Shown here: piece by piece, positions 1-9,888 of the stretch
Layout: each line of letters opens with the position of its first letter
Position numbering within the stretch: the stretch's first letter is position 1
Source of the DNA: Cognaticolwellia sp.
Lineage (GTDB): Bacteria; Pseudomonadota; Gammaproteobacteria; Enterobacterales; Alteromonadaceae
Reading direction: 5' to 3'
DNA: 64,000 nt
Assembly (NCBI GenBank): GCA_049614565.1
Contig: JBMZDW010000001.1
Location: forward strand, 97,249 to 161,248
Notes under the pieces: generated by a model
What the model was told of the DNA's origin: nothing
The model's input: only the letters and a program-made list of their open reading frames with translations
The model's database searches: none
Position numbers and translations under genes: made by a program

Positions 1-46
1 TACGAAGCACAATAACGCTATTAAGCTCTCTGCATTTGCAGATATG

Positions 47-74
47 AAAAGGGACAAAACAATGTCCCTTTTTT
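47..74. terminator. Bidirectional intrinsic terminator downstream of lysC
   Basis: AAAAGGGACA-aaacaa-TGTCCCTTTT(TT) hairpin with A/T tracts on both sides. Confidence 0.7.
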
Positions 75-121
75 ATTGGCTACTTTTTACAGGTCAAGCG
101 TTGTAAATCTAAACGGTAGAT

Positions 122-1495
122 CTATTCGGTAAACAAGGTATCGTGTAAACGTTCAACCACTTGGTTGGCATCGTCTTCTGGCACGAGAAAACACAAATTA
201 TGATCGCTAGCACCGTGGCAAATCATACGAATATTAAAGTCATTAACCTTGTCAAAAATATTGCTTCCTACGCCTTTCGTGCCATGAATTTTATTGCCGA
301 TCACCGCAATTAAACTTAAACCATGCTCGACGGTGACTTCACAAAGCTGCTCTAATTCTTCAACCACAGCTTTGGTTAGTAAGGCTTGTGTTGAGCCATG
401 TGGGTTATCAAAAGTAAGCGCGACACTGATCTCACTGGTAGTAATTAAATCGACACTTAATTGATGCTTGGCCAGCACAGTAAACACCTTTGCTAGAAAG
501 CCACTGGCGTGTAACATTTGTGGGCTTTTTACCGTCACTAAAGTTTGTTCTCGGCGTAAAGCGATTGAGCGATAGGTTGGATTTGAATTAACTTGTCGTT
601 GTATGCGTGTACCGCCGGCTTTTGGCTCTTTGCTTGAGCCAACAAATACCGGAATATCTTGGCGCATGGCAGGAATAAGCGTAGCAGGATGCAAAATTTT
701 TGCACCAAAAGTTGCCATTTCAGCCGCTTCACCAAAACTAATTTCATTAATTGAGCGTGCTTGCTCGGTAATGCGCGGATCGGTAGTGAAAATGCCCACC
801 ACATCAGTCCAAATATTCAAATTATCCGCGCCAATCGCTTCTGCTAACAAGGCTGCACTGTAATCAGAGCCGCCGCGGCCTAGCGTGGTGGTATTGTCCT
901 GTAGGTCACTACCAATAAAGCCTTGCGTGACAACAACTTTTTCATTTATCAAAGGCAAAAGTTCAGCCTTCGCATGTGTGGCTAACGCCTCAATATTAAC
1001 TTGCGCTTTACCGTACAAAGCATCAGTTTTCATCACTTGGCGAACATCAAAATAATGGCCATTAACGCCGATAGTTTGCAAAAGGTAGGTAAATATTCGC
1101 GAGCTAAACTGCTCGCCAAAACTCAAAATTTTATCGCTATTTTGCAAACTAAAATGAGCTGCTTGTCGCTTGGCGCATACTTTTAACGCGGTTAAAAGCG
1201 CATTAATTTCTTGATCAAGTGACGGATTTGCTAAACGTTGAGTGATAGAAAACTGAATACGGGCAATGTCGGCGATCAAACCACTGCGTTCTTTATCGGC
1301 GACATTTTCTTGGCTTAAGCGCACTAAGTTATTGGTAACACCCGCGCTAGCAGATACCACGACAACGCGATTTTCACTGTGATTCTTAATAATTTCAGCA
1401 CAGCGCAACATGGCGTGATAATCGGCGACACTGGTGCCACCAAACTTAGCGACCGTAATATTTTTAGCAGCCATACGCTCATTTACAACCGACAT
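122..1495 (-). CDS. lysC: Lysine-sensitive aspartokinase III
   Basis: VAKFGGTSV, LGRGGSDYSAA and IWTDVVG motifs, two C-terminal ACT domains, upstream lysine riboswitch; the start may be the second Met (MAAKN). Confidence 0.95.
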   Translation of the reverse strand: MSVVNERMAAKNITVAKFGGTSVADYHAMLRCAEIIKNHSENRVVVVSASAGVTNNLVRLSQENVADKERSGLIADIARIQFSITQRLANPSLDQEINALLTALKVCAKRQAAHFSLQNSDKILSFGEQFSSRIFTYLLQTIGVNGHYFDVRQVMKTDALYGKAQVNIEALATHAKAELLPLINEKVVVTQGFIGSDLQDNTTTLGRGGSDYSAALLAEAIGADNLNIWTDVVGIFTTDPRITEQARSINEISFGEAAEMATFGAKILHPATLIPAMRQDIPVFVGSSKEPKAGGTRIQRQVNSNPTYRSIALRREQTLVTVKSPQMLHASGFLAKVFTVLAKHQLSVDLITTSEISVALTFDNPHGSTQALLTKAVVEELEQLCEVTVEHGLSLIAVIGNKIHGTKGVGSNIFDKVNDFNIRMICHGASDHNLCFLVPEDDANQVVERLHDTLFTE

Positions 1496-1777
1496 GTATG
1501 TTCTCCAAAGAAAATATTAACTGAAATATTGGTGATAGCATTCTTGAGATTATTACTGATATTAGAATGAGTAATAGTAGGCATAACAGCATTAATATAT
1601 AAACTTAGGGGAATAATATCGTAGTTTAACATAAAAAGTCTTCCTAAAAGCCTGTGCTTTTATAGCAAATCGCACGATATGCCGCGAAATTATCAGGCTA
1701 GTAAATAACAGGAAGAGCATGACTGAGCATAGAGTGAATAAGCTAAGACAAGATTATTCAGGCGGTACACTTCAGCC

Positions 1778-1955
1778 AGAAGCTCTCCACCTTTTGCTAA
1801 AATTTTACGCTTTAGCGGTGACAGTCCTAAGGATTCAGCCTTAGTGACCGAATGCGATATGCCCCACTATCAACATTCTCGGCAATTTTCCCCCTGAGTA
1901 ACAGTCAAAGGATGGGATCCTCGTGTTACCTACCTGGCAATTGCACCTCTTCTGA
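1778..1955 (-). promoter_or_regulatory. Lysine (L-box) riboswitch
   Basis: Minus strand reads AGAGGTGC..AGGTAG..GGGGAAAATTGCCGAG..GGCTGAATCC..GGACTGTCA..GGAGAGCTTCT, matching the conserved L-box segments, upstream of lysC. Confidence 0.9.
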
Positions 1956-2221
1956 TACAAAAATTATCAACTTACTGATGCTTTTATCCATGACGTATAA
2001 AGTGGAGTAAAAAATCTAATTTTAGTGGCGTTATTAAACCCCAAAGCAAGGTTGATATCAACCGCCTTTTAAAGCCTAAATAACATTTAAAAACCGCAAA
2101 ATCCAGAACACTTAGCTTACGGTTTATTTTTACTGTAAAGTCTTTAATGCTTTTTTACATAAATAGTATGATTTTATATTTAACATCACATAAGTAAACT
2201 ACAGGGTTATCAGGCAAAAGT

Positions 2222-3361
2222 ATGGCGTTATCAACACTTGAAAAACAAACATATATCAAAGATCGTTCCGCACATGATCTGTATTTAAGAGCGCGTATTG
2301 GGCCAGTTTTTTATATTTTAGGTATTCTTGTCACTGCATTAAACAACCAAATGTACCAAAATTTTTTGCCTCACGTTATTGCGATGTTAGTTACTTTTAC
2401 GGTCATCGCTTTGATACGTTTTTCGCAAGAAATGCCGCCCAAAAATCAACAGTCTTTGATAGTTTGGCGTCGGCAAACGTTAGCAATAACCTATTTATCT
2501 TGTTGGGCATGGGGCTTGTGTTTATCGTGGATGTTTCTACACCCCGAGTTAGATAACGCCCTGCAAACCATGCTAGTATGCACATTTGCTTATAGCACAG
2601 CTACCGCACATCAATTTTGTATTGAGCGTATACATGGTAAATTGGCAAGCATTATATTTTTTCTACCGGCGTTATTTACTATCCTTGCCTTTCGTCCCGA
2701 CAAAGTAACGCTCGTTTACGTTATCTCAATTTACAGTATATATTTAGTACTAACAGGGGTTCGAGGTAACAGAGAATATGTTTCGGCGTTGAATACGGAA
2801 ATTGGCCTGTTGGAGGCTCAGCAAAACCTAAAAGATTTATCACTTACCGATGAATTAACCAGCTTAGCGAATCGTCGACATTACCGAACATTTTTGGAGC
2901 AAGCTTTTTCCGCCGCTAAAAATAAAGAGCATAGCTTATTTGTCATTTTGTTAGATTTAGATTTTTTCAAAAAAATAAACGATAACTATGGGCACTTAGT
3001 GGGTGACATTTGCTTGCAAAAAACCGCTGAAATTCTGACTAAACATTTTAAACGCGATGAAGATCTTGTCGCTCGCATCGGTGGTGAAGAGTTTGCTGTC
3101 ATTATTACAGACACCTCCTTTGATCATGCTTTAGCATTAACAGAAGCAGCACACGCCCAGATTGCCAGTACACAAATATCAAGCGGTGATATAACCATAC
3201 GTTTTACCGCTAGCTTTGGCATATCGCAATATACTGAGGCATTAGATCATCAGCCAAATGACATGGTTAAACGAGCCGATGAGCTATTATTTTCCGCAAA
3301 AAATAGCGGCCGAAATAGAATTAAATATTTAGCTCAAAAGAACGAAAAAAGAACGGGATAA
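2222..3361 (+). CDS. Membrane-anchored diguanylate cyclase (GGDEF)
   Basis: N-terminal TM helices, DELTSLANRR, DLDFFKKIND, RDED I-site followed by ARIGGEEF. Confidence 0.92.
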   Translation: MALSTLEKQTYIKDRSAHDLYLRARIGPVFYILGILVTALNNQMYQNFLPHVIAMLVTFTVIALIRFSQEMPPKNQQSLIVWRRQTLAITYLSCWAWGLCLSWMFLHPELDNALQTMLVCTFAYSTATAHQFCIERIHGKLASIIFFLPALFTILAFRPDKVTLVYVISIYSIYLVLTGVRGNREYVSALNTEIGLLEAQQNLKDLSLTDELTSLANRRHYRTFLEQAFSAAKNKEHSLFVILLDLDFFKKINDNYGHLVGDICLQKTAEILTKHFKRDEDLVARIGGEEFAVIITDTSFDHALALTEAAHAQIASTQISSGDITIRFTASFGISQYTEALDHQPNDMVKRADELLFSAKNSGRNRIKYLAQKNEKRTG

Positions 3362-3365
3362 TAAA

Positions 3366-4118
3366 ATGGATTTATTTTTATTAAAAAAATTTATTGGCAT
3401 CATGTTAATGCCTCTAAACATAGTGTTAATGCTCATGTTTATCGCCATTTTATTTTACCGGATAAAGCCTAAGCTCAGTTATTCGGCATTGATTTCGGCG
3501 AGCGTTTTATTATTTCTTAGCACCTTTTCGCCGTTTTCAGATACCATCATTGCACCGTTAGAAGATAATTACCCGGCTTTCACGCGCAGCAGCCAGCCTG
3601 TCGATTATATTATTGTTTTAGGCTGTGCTCACACTACCGATCATAGTTTACCGGCAACCAGCCATCTCAAATATTGTTCGCTAGCACGGTTAGTTGAGGC
3701 GGTTCGTATATATCGACTGCACCCAGAAGCGCAAATAATCACCTCTGGGTATGCCGACAGCAATGAAATTTCAAATGCCGAAACGGTAAAAAAAGCGGCG
3801 GTATCCTTAGGTGTACCGGCGGAAAAAATATTAACCGAAAATTTCCCGAAAGACACCGAAGAAGAAGCAGAGCTTATCGCGCCACGCGTACTCAATAAGC
3901 GTGTGGTATTGGTAAGTAATAGAAATCATTTACCTCGTGCCATGGCCTATTTTTCTCAAAATGGCATTGATGCTATACCCGCCCCAGCTGGCCCACGGGT
4001 AAATCAACAAGTGCATAACGCTTGGGACTATTACCTCCCCCATGCCAGTAATCTACAACAAACTAGCATGGCCTGGTACGAAACGCTGGGCCGAATCGTA
4101 CAATGGCTAAAAAGTTAG
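3366..4118 (+). CDS. elyC: ElyC/YdcF (DUF218) family envelope biogenesis protein
   Basis: Two N-terminal TM segments, IIVLG, RLVEAVRIY, DTEEEA, HLPRAM motifs. Confidence 0.8.
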   Translation: MDLFLLKKFIGIMLMPLNIVLMLMFIAILFYRIKPKLSYSALISASVLLFLSTFSPFSDTIIAPLEDNYPAFTRSSQPVDYIIVLGCAHTTDHSLPATSHLKYCSLARLVEAVRIYRLHPEAQIITSGYADSNEISNAETVKKAAVSLGVPAEKILTENFPKDTEEEAELIAPRVLNKRVVLVSNRNHLPRAMAYFSQNGIDAIPAPAGPRVNQQVHNAWDYYLPHASNLQQTSMAWYETLGRIVQWLKS

Positions 4119-4145
4119 TCATTTTATTCAATGGCTGAATAGCAC

Positions 4146-4904
4146 TTATGCCGGATTATCGATATCAATAAACTTAGCAGTTACCTCTAAGTGCTGATTA
4201 AAGTGTGCCGCTAACGCTTTAGCGCCGTAGCGCTCGGTGGCATGATGGCCCGCACAGTAAAAATGAATATCCATTTCACGAGCAATATGAGTAGTTTGCT
4301 CAGAAACTTCACCACTGATAAACGCGTCTATGCCCTGCTCTGCCGCTAATTCAATATAACCTTGACCACCACCACTACACCAAGCCACCGTTTTAATGGT
4401 TTTATTCGAAGGAGCAGCTATATGTAAACAATTACGGTTTAGTTGCTCACTGATGCGTTGTTCCAGTGCTTGCGCTGAAAGTGGTGTATCAAACTCCCCG
4501 CGTACTGCGACACTTAAGGCATTGCCAATTTCCAACGGTGCAACATTATTGATAGAAAATAATTGGGCTAACTGGGCGTTGTTACCGAGTGTCGGGTGAA
4601 TATCTAGCGGTAAATGATATGCAAATAGGCTAATGTCATTTTCAAGTAAGGCTTTAATACGTTTATGTTTCATTCCGCGAATCACATAACTTTCATTTTT
4701 CCAAAAAAAGCCATGGTGCACCACTAAGGCATCGGCTTTTTCCTCGATCGCTTGTTCAATTAGCGCTTGCGTTGCTGTCACACCGGTAATCACTTTGCTA
4801 ATGTTTTCTCGCCCTTGAATTTGTAAGCCATTGGGGCAAAAGTCTTTGATCTGTTCTGGCTGGAGTAAAGCGTTTAAATAGTTTTCAAATTCAGAGCGTT
4901 GCAT
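4146..4904 (-). CDS. Nif3-like dinuclear metal center protein (YbgI family)
   Basis: DFCPNGLQ, VHHG, YHLPLD, GHHATE motifs. Confidence 0.92.
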   Translation of the reverse strand: MQRSEFENYLNALLQPEQIKDFCPNGLQIQGRENISKVITGVTATQALIEQAIEEKADALVVHHGFFWKNESYVIRGMKHKRIKALLENDISLFAYHLPLDIHPTLGNNAQLAQLFSINNVAPLEIGNALSVAVRGEFDTPLSAQALEQRISEQLNRNCLHIAAPSNKTIKTVAWCSGGGQGYIELAAEQGIDAFISGEVSEQTTHIAREMDIHFYCAGHHATERYGAKALAAHFNQHLEVTAKFIDIDNPA

Positions 4905-4983
4905 AATAATTTTTGACCTTAAATATCGGGTTATATTTGAATAATTATAAATCGCCCAGTAATAACTATGGGCAATTAATGTA

Positions 4984-5727
4984 TTAATTTTTTCTTGATG
5001 AGTTCATCGTTGGCACTTTTACCGGTTCAAAACCCGGCCTTAATTGCCATTTTGCTTTAATGGGTGTTAGTGGTAATAGCCGCTTTTTCGCGACAATAAC
5101 ATACACCGAGCCAAAACTTGGGAAATAACGTGCGGCAATTTTACGCCATTGCTGACTGATCACACCTTGGGTAATTTTTCGAGACAGAGATGAATGTAAA
5201 AATCGCTGATCGAGTTGAATTTCATAGCCCATCAAATGCAGCCAATCTTTCACCCGCATCGGTGAAAACAGCCTTTCATTCCAAGGCATTTGCTTACGAC
5301 GATAGGGAATAAATTTATTTAAACCGACAAAACTAAAGGGATTAAAGCCTGTGATCACTAAATAACCGTTGGGTATTAATACGCGGTTAGCCTCACGCAC
5401 CACGTGATGGGGATCTAAGGCAAATTCTAAAGCGTGAGCCAATACACAAACGTCGACACTGTGCTCCAATAAAGGTAAGTCATCAATGTCGGCAATCACA
5501 TCAGCGGTTTCACCCTGTTGCGATAAGCTTAACTGATGCTTTATCGGGCTATGGTCACTATCAATTTCAGCACTTAGTGCACCAATTTTCATCAGATGAT
5601 AACCAAAAAATTTCGGCCACCACGAAGCTAAGGTTTGATTAATATTGGCAAGAATAAGCTCACCATTGGGTAAGTGCTGCCAAGACTTTGGCTGATCAGG
5701 GTGCCTAAACGAAAGTGCGGGCTTCAT
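4984..5727 (-). CDS. Class I SAM-dependent methyltransferase (YafS-like)
   Basis: FGYHLMKIG, HALEF, GFNP motifs; divergent from gloB as in yafS-gloB-mltD synteny. Confidence 0.85.
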   Translation of the reverse strand: MKPALSFRHPDQPKSWQHLPNGELILANINQTLASWWPKFFGYHLMKIGALSAEIDSDHSPIKHQLSLSQQGETADVIADIDDLPLLEHSVDVCVLAHALEFALDPHHVVREANRVLIPNGYLVITGFNPFSFVGLNKFIPYRRKQMPWNERLFSPMRVKDWLHLMGYEIQLDQRFLHSSLSRKITQGVISQQWRKIAARYFPSFGSVYVIVAKKRLLPLTPIKAKWQLRPGFEPVKVPTMNSSRKN

Positions 5728-5797
5728 ATATTCTTCAATATGTTAAAGTGGTAAAAAGTCAGTATAATCGTAACCTCAGTATACTCAGGAGCCACAC

Positions 5798-6607
5798 ATG
5801 CTGCAAAGTCAAACTAACACCAATATGCAAGTTTCCATGATAAAAGCGTTTTCGGATAATTATATCTGGGCAATTTCCTCTGATAGCAGCAACCATATGG
5901 CCTTGGTAGATCCCGGTGACGCAAACGTTTGTATTGCGTTTATTGAGCAACAAAAACTGCAGTTATCTAGCATTTTGATCACCCATCACCATCCCGATCA
6001 TGTTGGCGGCATTAAACAACTGAGTGACTATTGCAAAAATAAACAATGGCCATTAACCGTTTATGGCCCTGAAAATGAAAACATTCCCCTTTGCGATGTG
6101 CGTTTGAACGATAGTCATAGCGTAACCTTGGCTGATTTAAACCTAACATTTGAGGTGTTAGATATTCCAGGCCATACCCGTGGTCATATTGCTTATCTAT
6201 CACAAGACAATCTATTTTGTGGTGACACGCTATTTTCAGGCGGCTGCGGACGATTGTTTGAAGGTACGCCAAGGCAAATGTTAACCTCGTTAGAAAAGCT
6301 TAGCGCCTTGCCTGAACGTACCCACGTATATTGCGCACATGAGTATACCCAAGCTAATTTAAATTTTGCGCTAAGTGTCGAACCTAGCAATAGCGAAGTT
6401 GTGCATTATTATAATCAAGTGCTAAATATTCGCGAACAAGGCATGGCAACCATTCCAACATCTATTATGCGGGAAAAGAAAATCAACCCGTTTTTACGTT
6501 GCCACTTGCCGAGTTTAATGACCAGTGCCAGTGAATTTAGTGGTGATGAGATCAGCGAAAAACTAGCTGCCTTTACCGTTATTCGTGGCTGGAAGGACAA
6601 TTTCTAA
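5798..6607 (+). CDS. gloB: Hydroxyacylglutathione hydrolase (glyoxalase II)
   Basis: THHHPDH, PGHTRGH, GDTLFSGGCGR, CAHEYT, EKKINPFLR; the true start may be the internal Met (MQVSMI). Confidence 0.95.
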   Translation: MLQSQTNTNMQVSMIKAFSDNYIWAISSDSSNHMALVDPGDANVCIAFIEQQKLQLSSILITHHHPDHVGGIKQLSDYCKNKQWPLTVYGPENENIPLCDVRLNDSHSVTLADLNLTFEVLDIPGHTRGHIAYLSQDNLFCGDTLFSGGCGRLFEGTPRQMLTSLEKLSALPERTHVYCAHEYTQANLNFALSVEPSNSEVVHYYNQVLNIREQGMATIPTSIMREKKINPFLRCHLPSLMTSASEFSGDEISEKLAAFTVIRGWKDNF

Positions 6608-6686
6608 CCGGCTTTTATCGCGCAATTGTTGAATAAAATAGCTAAATAAGTGACACTAGCGCCAATTAAAATTATCTAGACATTGC

Positions 6687-8339
6687 ATGAAGTATATAAC
6701 GCTATCTTGCGCAGCCGTTCTCTTATTGTCCGGTTGCCAATCACTATTAAGTAAAAATGAATCGAAAGATTTTGAAATTAACGCAGAAAATCAAGCACTT
6801 ACTGCGATAGCCTCGGCAACAGAGATCAACCAAGTTTTGGTGTTAGATGAAGCCGTTAATGTTATTCATCCCGTGGCAGATGGTAATGTTGACTTAGGTA
6901 ATAATGCCCAAGATGGCAATGTAAACAACGATGTTTGGCAAAGAATTCGCAGCCAACTTACCTTTTCAATCCCCGAAAACCCACGCTTGGTTAGCCAACG
7001 TAATTGGTTTGTTAAGCATCCAAGTTACCTAAACCGTGTCGCAAAGCGCGCAGAGCCTTTTTTACATTATATTGTTGAAGAGTTAGAGGCGAATAATATT
7101 CCGCTCGAAATTGCACTACTACCAATCGTAGAAAGTGCGTTTGACCCGTTCGCCTATTCTCACGGCCGTGCATCAGGCATGTGGCAATTTGTACCGGGCA
7201 CGGGTAAACGTTTTGGTATGAAACAAAACTGGTGGTATGACGGCAGACGCGATGTTGTCGCCTCAACCCAAGGCGCAATTAAATACCTACAATATTTACA
7301 TAAATTTTTCGATGGCGATTGGATGCTTGCCCTTGCCGCCTATAACTCAGGCGAAGGACGCGTGCGTCGTGCGGTTAGAAGTAATAAAAAGAAAAACCGC
7401 CCAACCGACTTTTGGTCTTTAGACTTGCCAAAAGAAACCCGCGCTTATGTCCCTAAGTTATTAGCCTTGGCTGACATCGTAAAGCGTAGCGATGAACTTA
7501 ACATTAAGTTACATCCCATTGACAACAACTCAGTATTGAGCCGCGTTGATATTGGCTCGCAACTTGATTTAGCTAAAGCGGCTCAACTCGCACAACTATC
7601 GCTCACTGAGTTGCAACGCCTTAACCCTGGTTTTAATCGTTGGGCAACCGATCCTGACGGGCCGCATTATTTATTGCTGCCTAAACATAAGGTTGCTGAC
7701 TTTCAACAAGGTTTAGCTAAACTAGCAAAAAAAGATCGCCTTGCGTGGCAACGCTATAAAATTAAAAATGGTGATAGCTTAGGAAAGATTGCCAAAAAAT
7801 TTAACACCGAAATCGCCTTAATTAAGCAAGTCAACAAAGTAAAAGGCAACCATATTCGCGCCGGTAAATTTTTATTAATACCTGTTGCTACCGCATCATT
7901 AGATAGTTACTTGTTATCACAAGATCAACGCTTAGCAAAAACACAAAATAAAGTGCTAGCAGGTGAAAAACGCATTCATATTGTTAAATCTGGCGACACG
8001 TTATGGGATTTAAGTCGTAAGTTTCGCGTGTCAACGCGCAGTATTGCCAAGTGGAATGGTATGGCACCACGAGATACCATTAAGCCCGGGCAAAAACTGG
8101 TTATTTGGCAAAAAGCTAGCAATAACAAGGTTGCAAAAAACACCTTATCACCCAGTGAACAAGCGATAATGCGCAATATCAATTATCGAGTTCGCAAAGG
8201 TGATTCGTTCGCCCGTATCGCCGATAAGTTTAATGTTACTATCAACGACATTGAACGCTGGAACCGACTGAAGCGTGAAAAATATCTACAACCTGGTCAA
8301 ATGTTAAAACTATCGGTAGATGTTACCAACAATATCTAG
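6687..8339 (+). CDS. mltD: Membrane-bound lytic murein transglycosylase D with LysM repeats
   Basis: Lipobox LLSGC, VESAF catalytic motif, GMWQF, AAYNSGEG, three clear LysM repeats. Confidence 0.93.
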   Translation: MKYITLSCAAVLLLSGCQSLLSKNESKDFEINAENQALTAIASATEINQVLVLDEAVNVIHPVADGNVDLGNNAQDGNVNNDVWQRIRSQLTFSIPENPRLVSQRNWFVKHPSYLNRVAKRAEPFLHYIVEELEANNIPLEIALLPIVESAFDPFAYSHGRASGMWQFVPGTGKRFGMKQNWWYDGRRDVVASTQGAIKYLQYLHKFFDGDWMLALAAYNSGEGRVRRAVRSNKKKNRPTDFWSLDLPKETRAYVPKLLALADIVKRSDELNIKLHPIDNNSVLSRVDIGSQLDLAKAAQLAQLSLTELQRLNPGFNRWATDPDGPHYLLLPKHKVADFQQGLAKLAKKDRLAWQRYKIKNGDSLGKIAKKFNTEIALIKQVNKVKGNHIRAGKFLLIPVATASLDSYLLSQDQRLAKTQNKVLAGEKRIHIVKSGDTLWDLSRKFRVSTRSIAKWNGMAPRDTIKPGQKLVIWQKASNNKVAKNTLSPSEQAIMRNINYRVRKGDSFARIADKFNVTINDIERWNRLKREKYLQPGQMLKLSVDVTNNI

Positions 8340-8353
8340 CTGATAACGGATAT

Positions 8354-8381
8354 AAAAAAAGCGCTGAACAGCGCTTTTTTT
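8354..8381. terminator. Bidirectional intrinsic terminator
   Basis: A7-GCGCTG-aa-CAGCGC-T7 between convergent genes. Confidence 0.8.
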
Positions 8382-8430
8382 GTCTTCAATTTTTGCTAAA
8401 CGTTAAGCTCAGCGCTTGCCAAAACGCGTA

Positions 8431-9636
8431 CTAAAGCCCGGCAACACCTTGGGTAATAATATTTTTGGTTTGATTAACAATATCCACCAAGGCTTGTTGA
8501 TCAAAGGCTTTAATGCGCGGCGTATGTATATGCCCTACCGCTAACGTTAAATCATATTTATTACGCAACAAAATGCTACGATATGATATTTCATTTGAAA
8601 GATAACCACCGCCCGAACCATTCACTGACGTTTGTTGGCCAAGCTCCGCTAAAGATAGTGCATTAAAGGTGCCGCCTGAAAAGGTCGACACTTGACGGTT
8701 ATCGTTGACAATATATTTTCCTTTACCTTTTTTCATTGCCGATACCGGTAAACTAAATTCAACAAATTCAGGCCCCTGCAACATGGCATTGTTAAGCCTA
8801 GGGATCAACGGCTTAGTTTTTGAGGCGCCAGTTAAAATATTCAAATTATCTGGCGCTTTAGCACTGCGTCGTAAAGCGGGATAACGCTCTAAATCAAAAT
8901 TTGCTCTGCCCATACTAACGGTTAACACCATATCAACGGCTTTACGTTTAATATAAGGGGCGAGTAATTCTTCTATCATGCCCTGATCAAAATCACGAAA
9001 ACGTACTGGCACTATCAGCACTTCAATTTCTGCCGTTTCGCCTTCAATACTGACCACTATGTCATCTAAAGAAAGCGCAGTAACGCCAGACGGGTTACTT
9101 TGATCAATATTGCGGTCAAGGAAAAACGGGTCAAAACCGGTCAATAAAATTTTCTTATCGGCCTTTTTGTCAAACTTTACATCCGACTTCCCGCGCGATA
9201 ATAACTCAAATGTCCAAAGTAATTTTTCTTGCTGGTGCGAATACAATTTGCCAAACGCGGTTGCAGAGCGCAACGCTTTCGTCATTTGTAATCGTGACCA
9301 ATATAAAGGCCTATCGTCATAATCGTTCAATAAACGAAATGATTGTTTTGCATCTTTCCATATGCCTTCGCCATGACGAATAACCAGCTGCGTTAACATA
9401 GTATAACTTGTCGCTTTCGCTAATTGGCTAGTAAACTCTTCTACTCTAGCGCTAAACCTGAGCGCGGCATCTGGCATAGCTTTAATCGCTTGCTCAATAC
9501 GAGCTTCTTCAATCGTTACTTTTGTTGGCGTAAGCCCTTGCGCATAACTTAAGCCACTTAGCCCAAGCGATAAAGCGACGGCTAAGGCATTTAACTTTCT
9601 TATTTTAAACATTGAACACTCTTTTGGCGTATACAA
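8431..9636 (-). CDS. Secreted pyroglutamyl-peptidase I (C15)-like protein
   Basis: Signal peptide, KILLTGFDPF, SMG..FDLER, GGGYLSNE, GHIHTP; Ser at the usual catalytic Cys position. Confidence 0.7.
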   Translation of the reverse strand: MYTPKECSMFKIRKLNALAVALSLGLSGLSYAQGLTPTKVTIEEARIEQAIKAMPDAALRFSARVEEFTSQLAKATSYTMLTQLVIRHGEGIWKDAKQSFRLLNDYDDRPLYWSRLQMTKALRSATAFGKLYSHQQEKLLWTFELLSRGKSDVKFDKKADKKILLTGFDPFFLDRNIDQSNPSGVTALSLDDIVVSIEGETAEIEVLIVPVRFRDFDQGMIEELLAPYIKRKAVDMVLTVSMGRANFDLERYPALRRSAKAPDNLNILTGASKTKPLIPRLNNAMLQGPEFVEFSLPVSAMKKGKGKYIVNDNRQVSTFSGGTFNALSLAELGQQTSVNGSGGGYLSNEISYRSILLRNKYDLTLAVGHIHTPRIKAFDQQALVDIVNQTKNIITQGVAGL

Positions 9637-9888
9637 TTCAGATTATGAATTTTTTGCTACTGATCAGTACGTGCATAGTAATGTATTCACTTTTTTAACA
9701 CTAGCGATAATTATGTGAATAGGCATGACTAATGATTTTATTGAACAACAAATGAGATGGGAACATTTATTCAATCTTCACAAATGCCAAAAAGCCGACC
9801 TTATTTAGTCGTGAATTTACCTTAGTGAACTACCCTCCGACGCCGCTTCGCGTCGATCAATGGGCTTCTGCAATCTAGTTATTCACGA

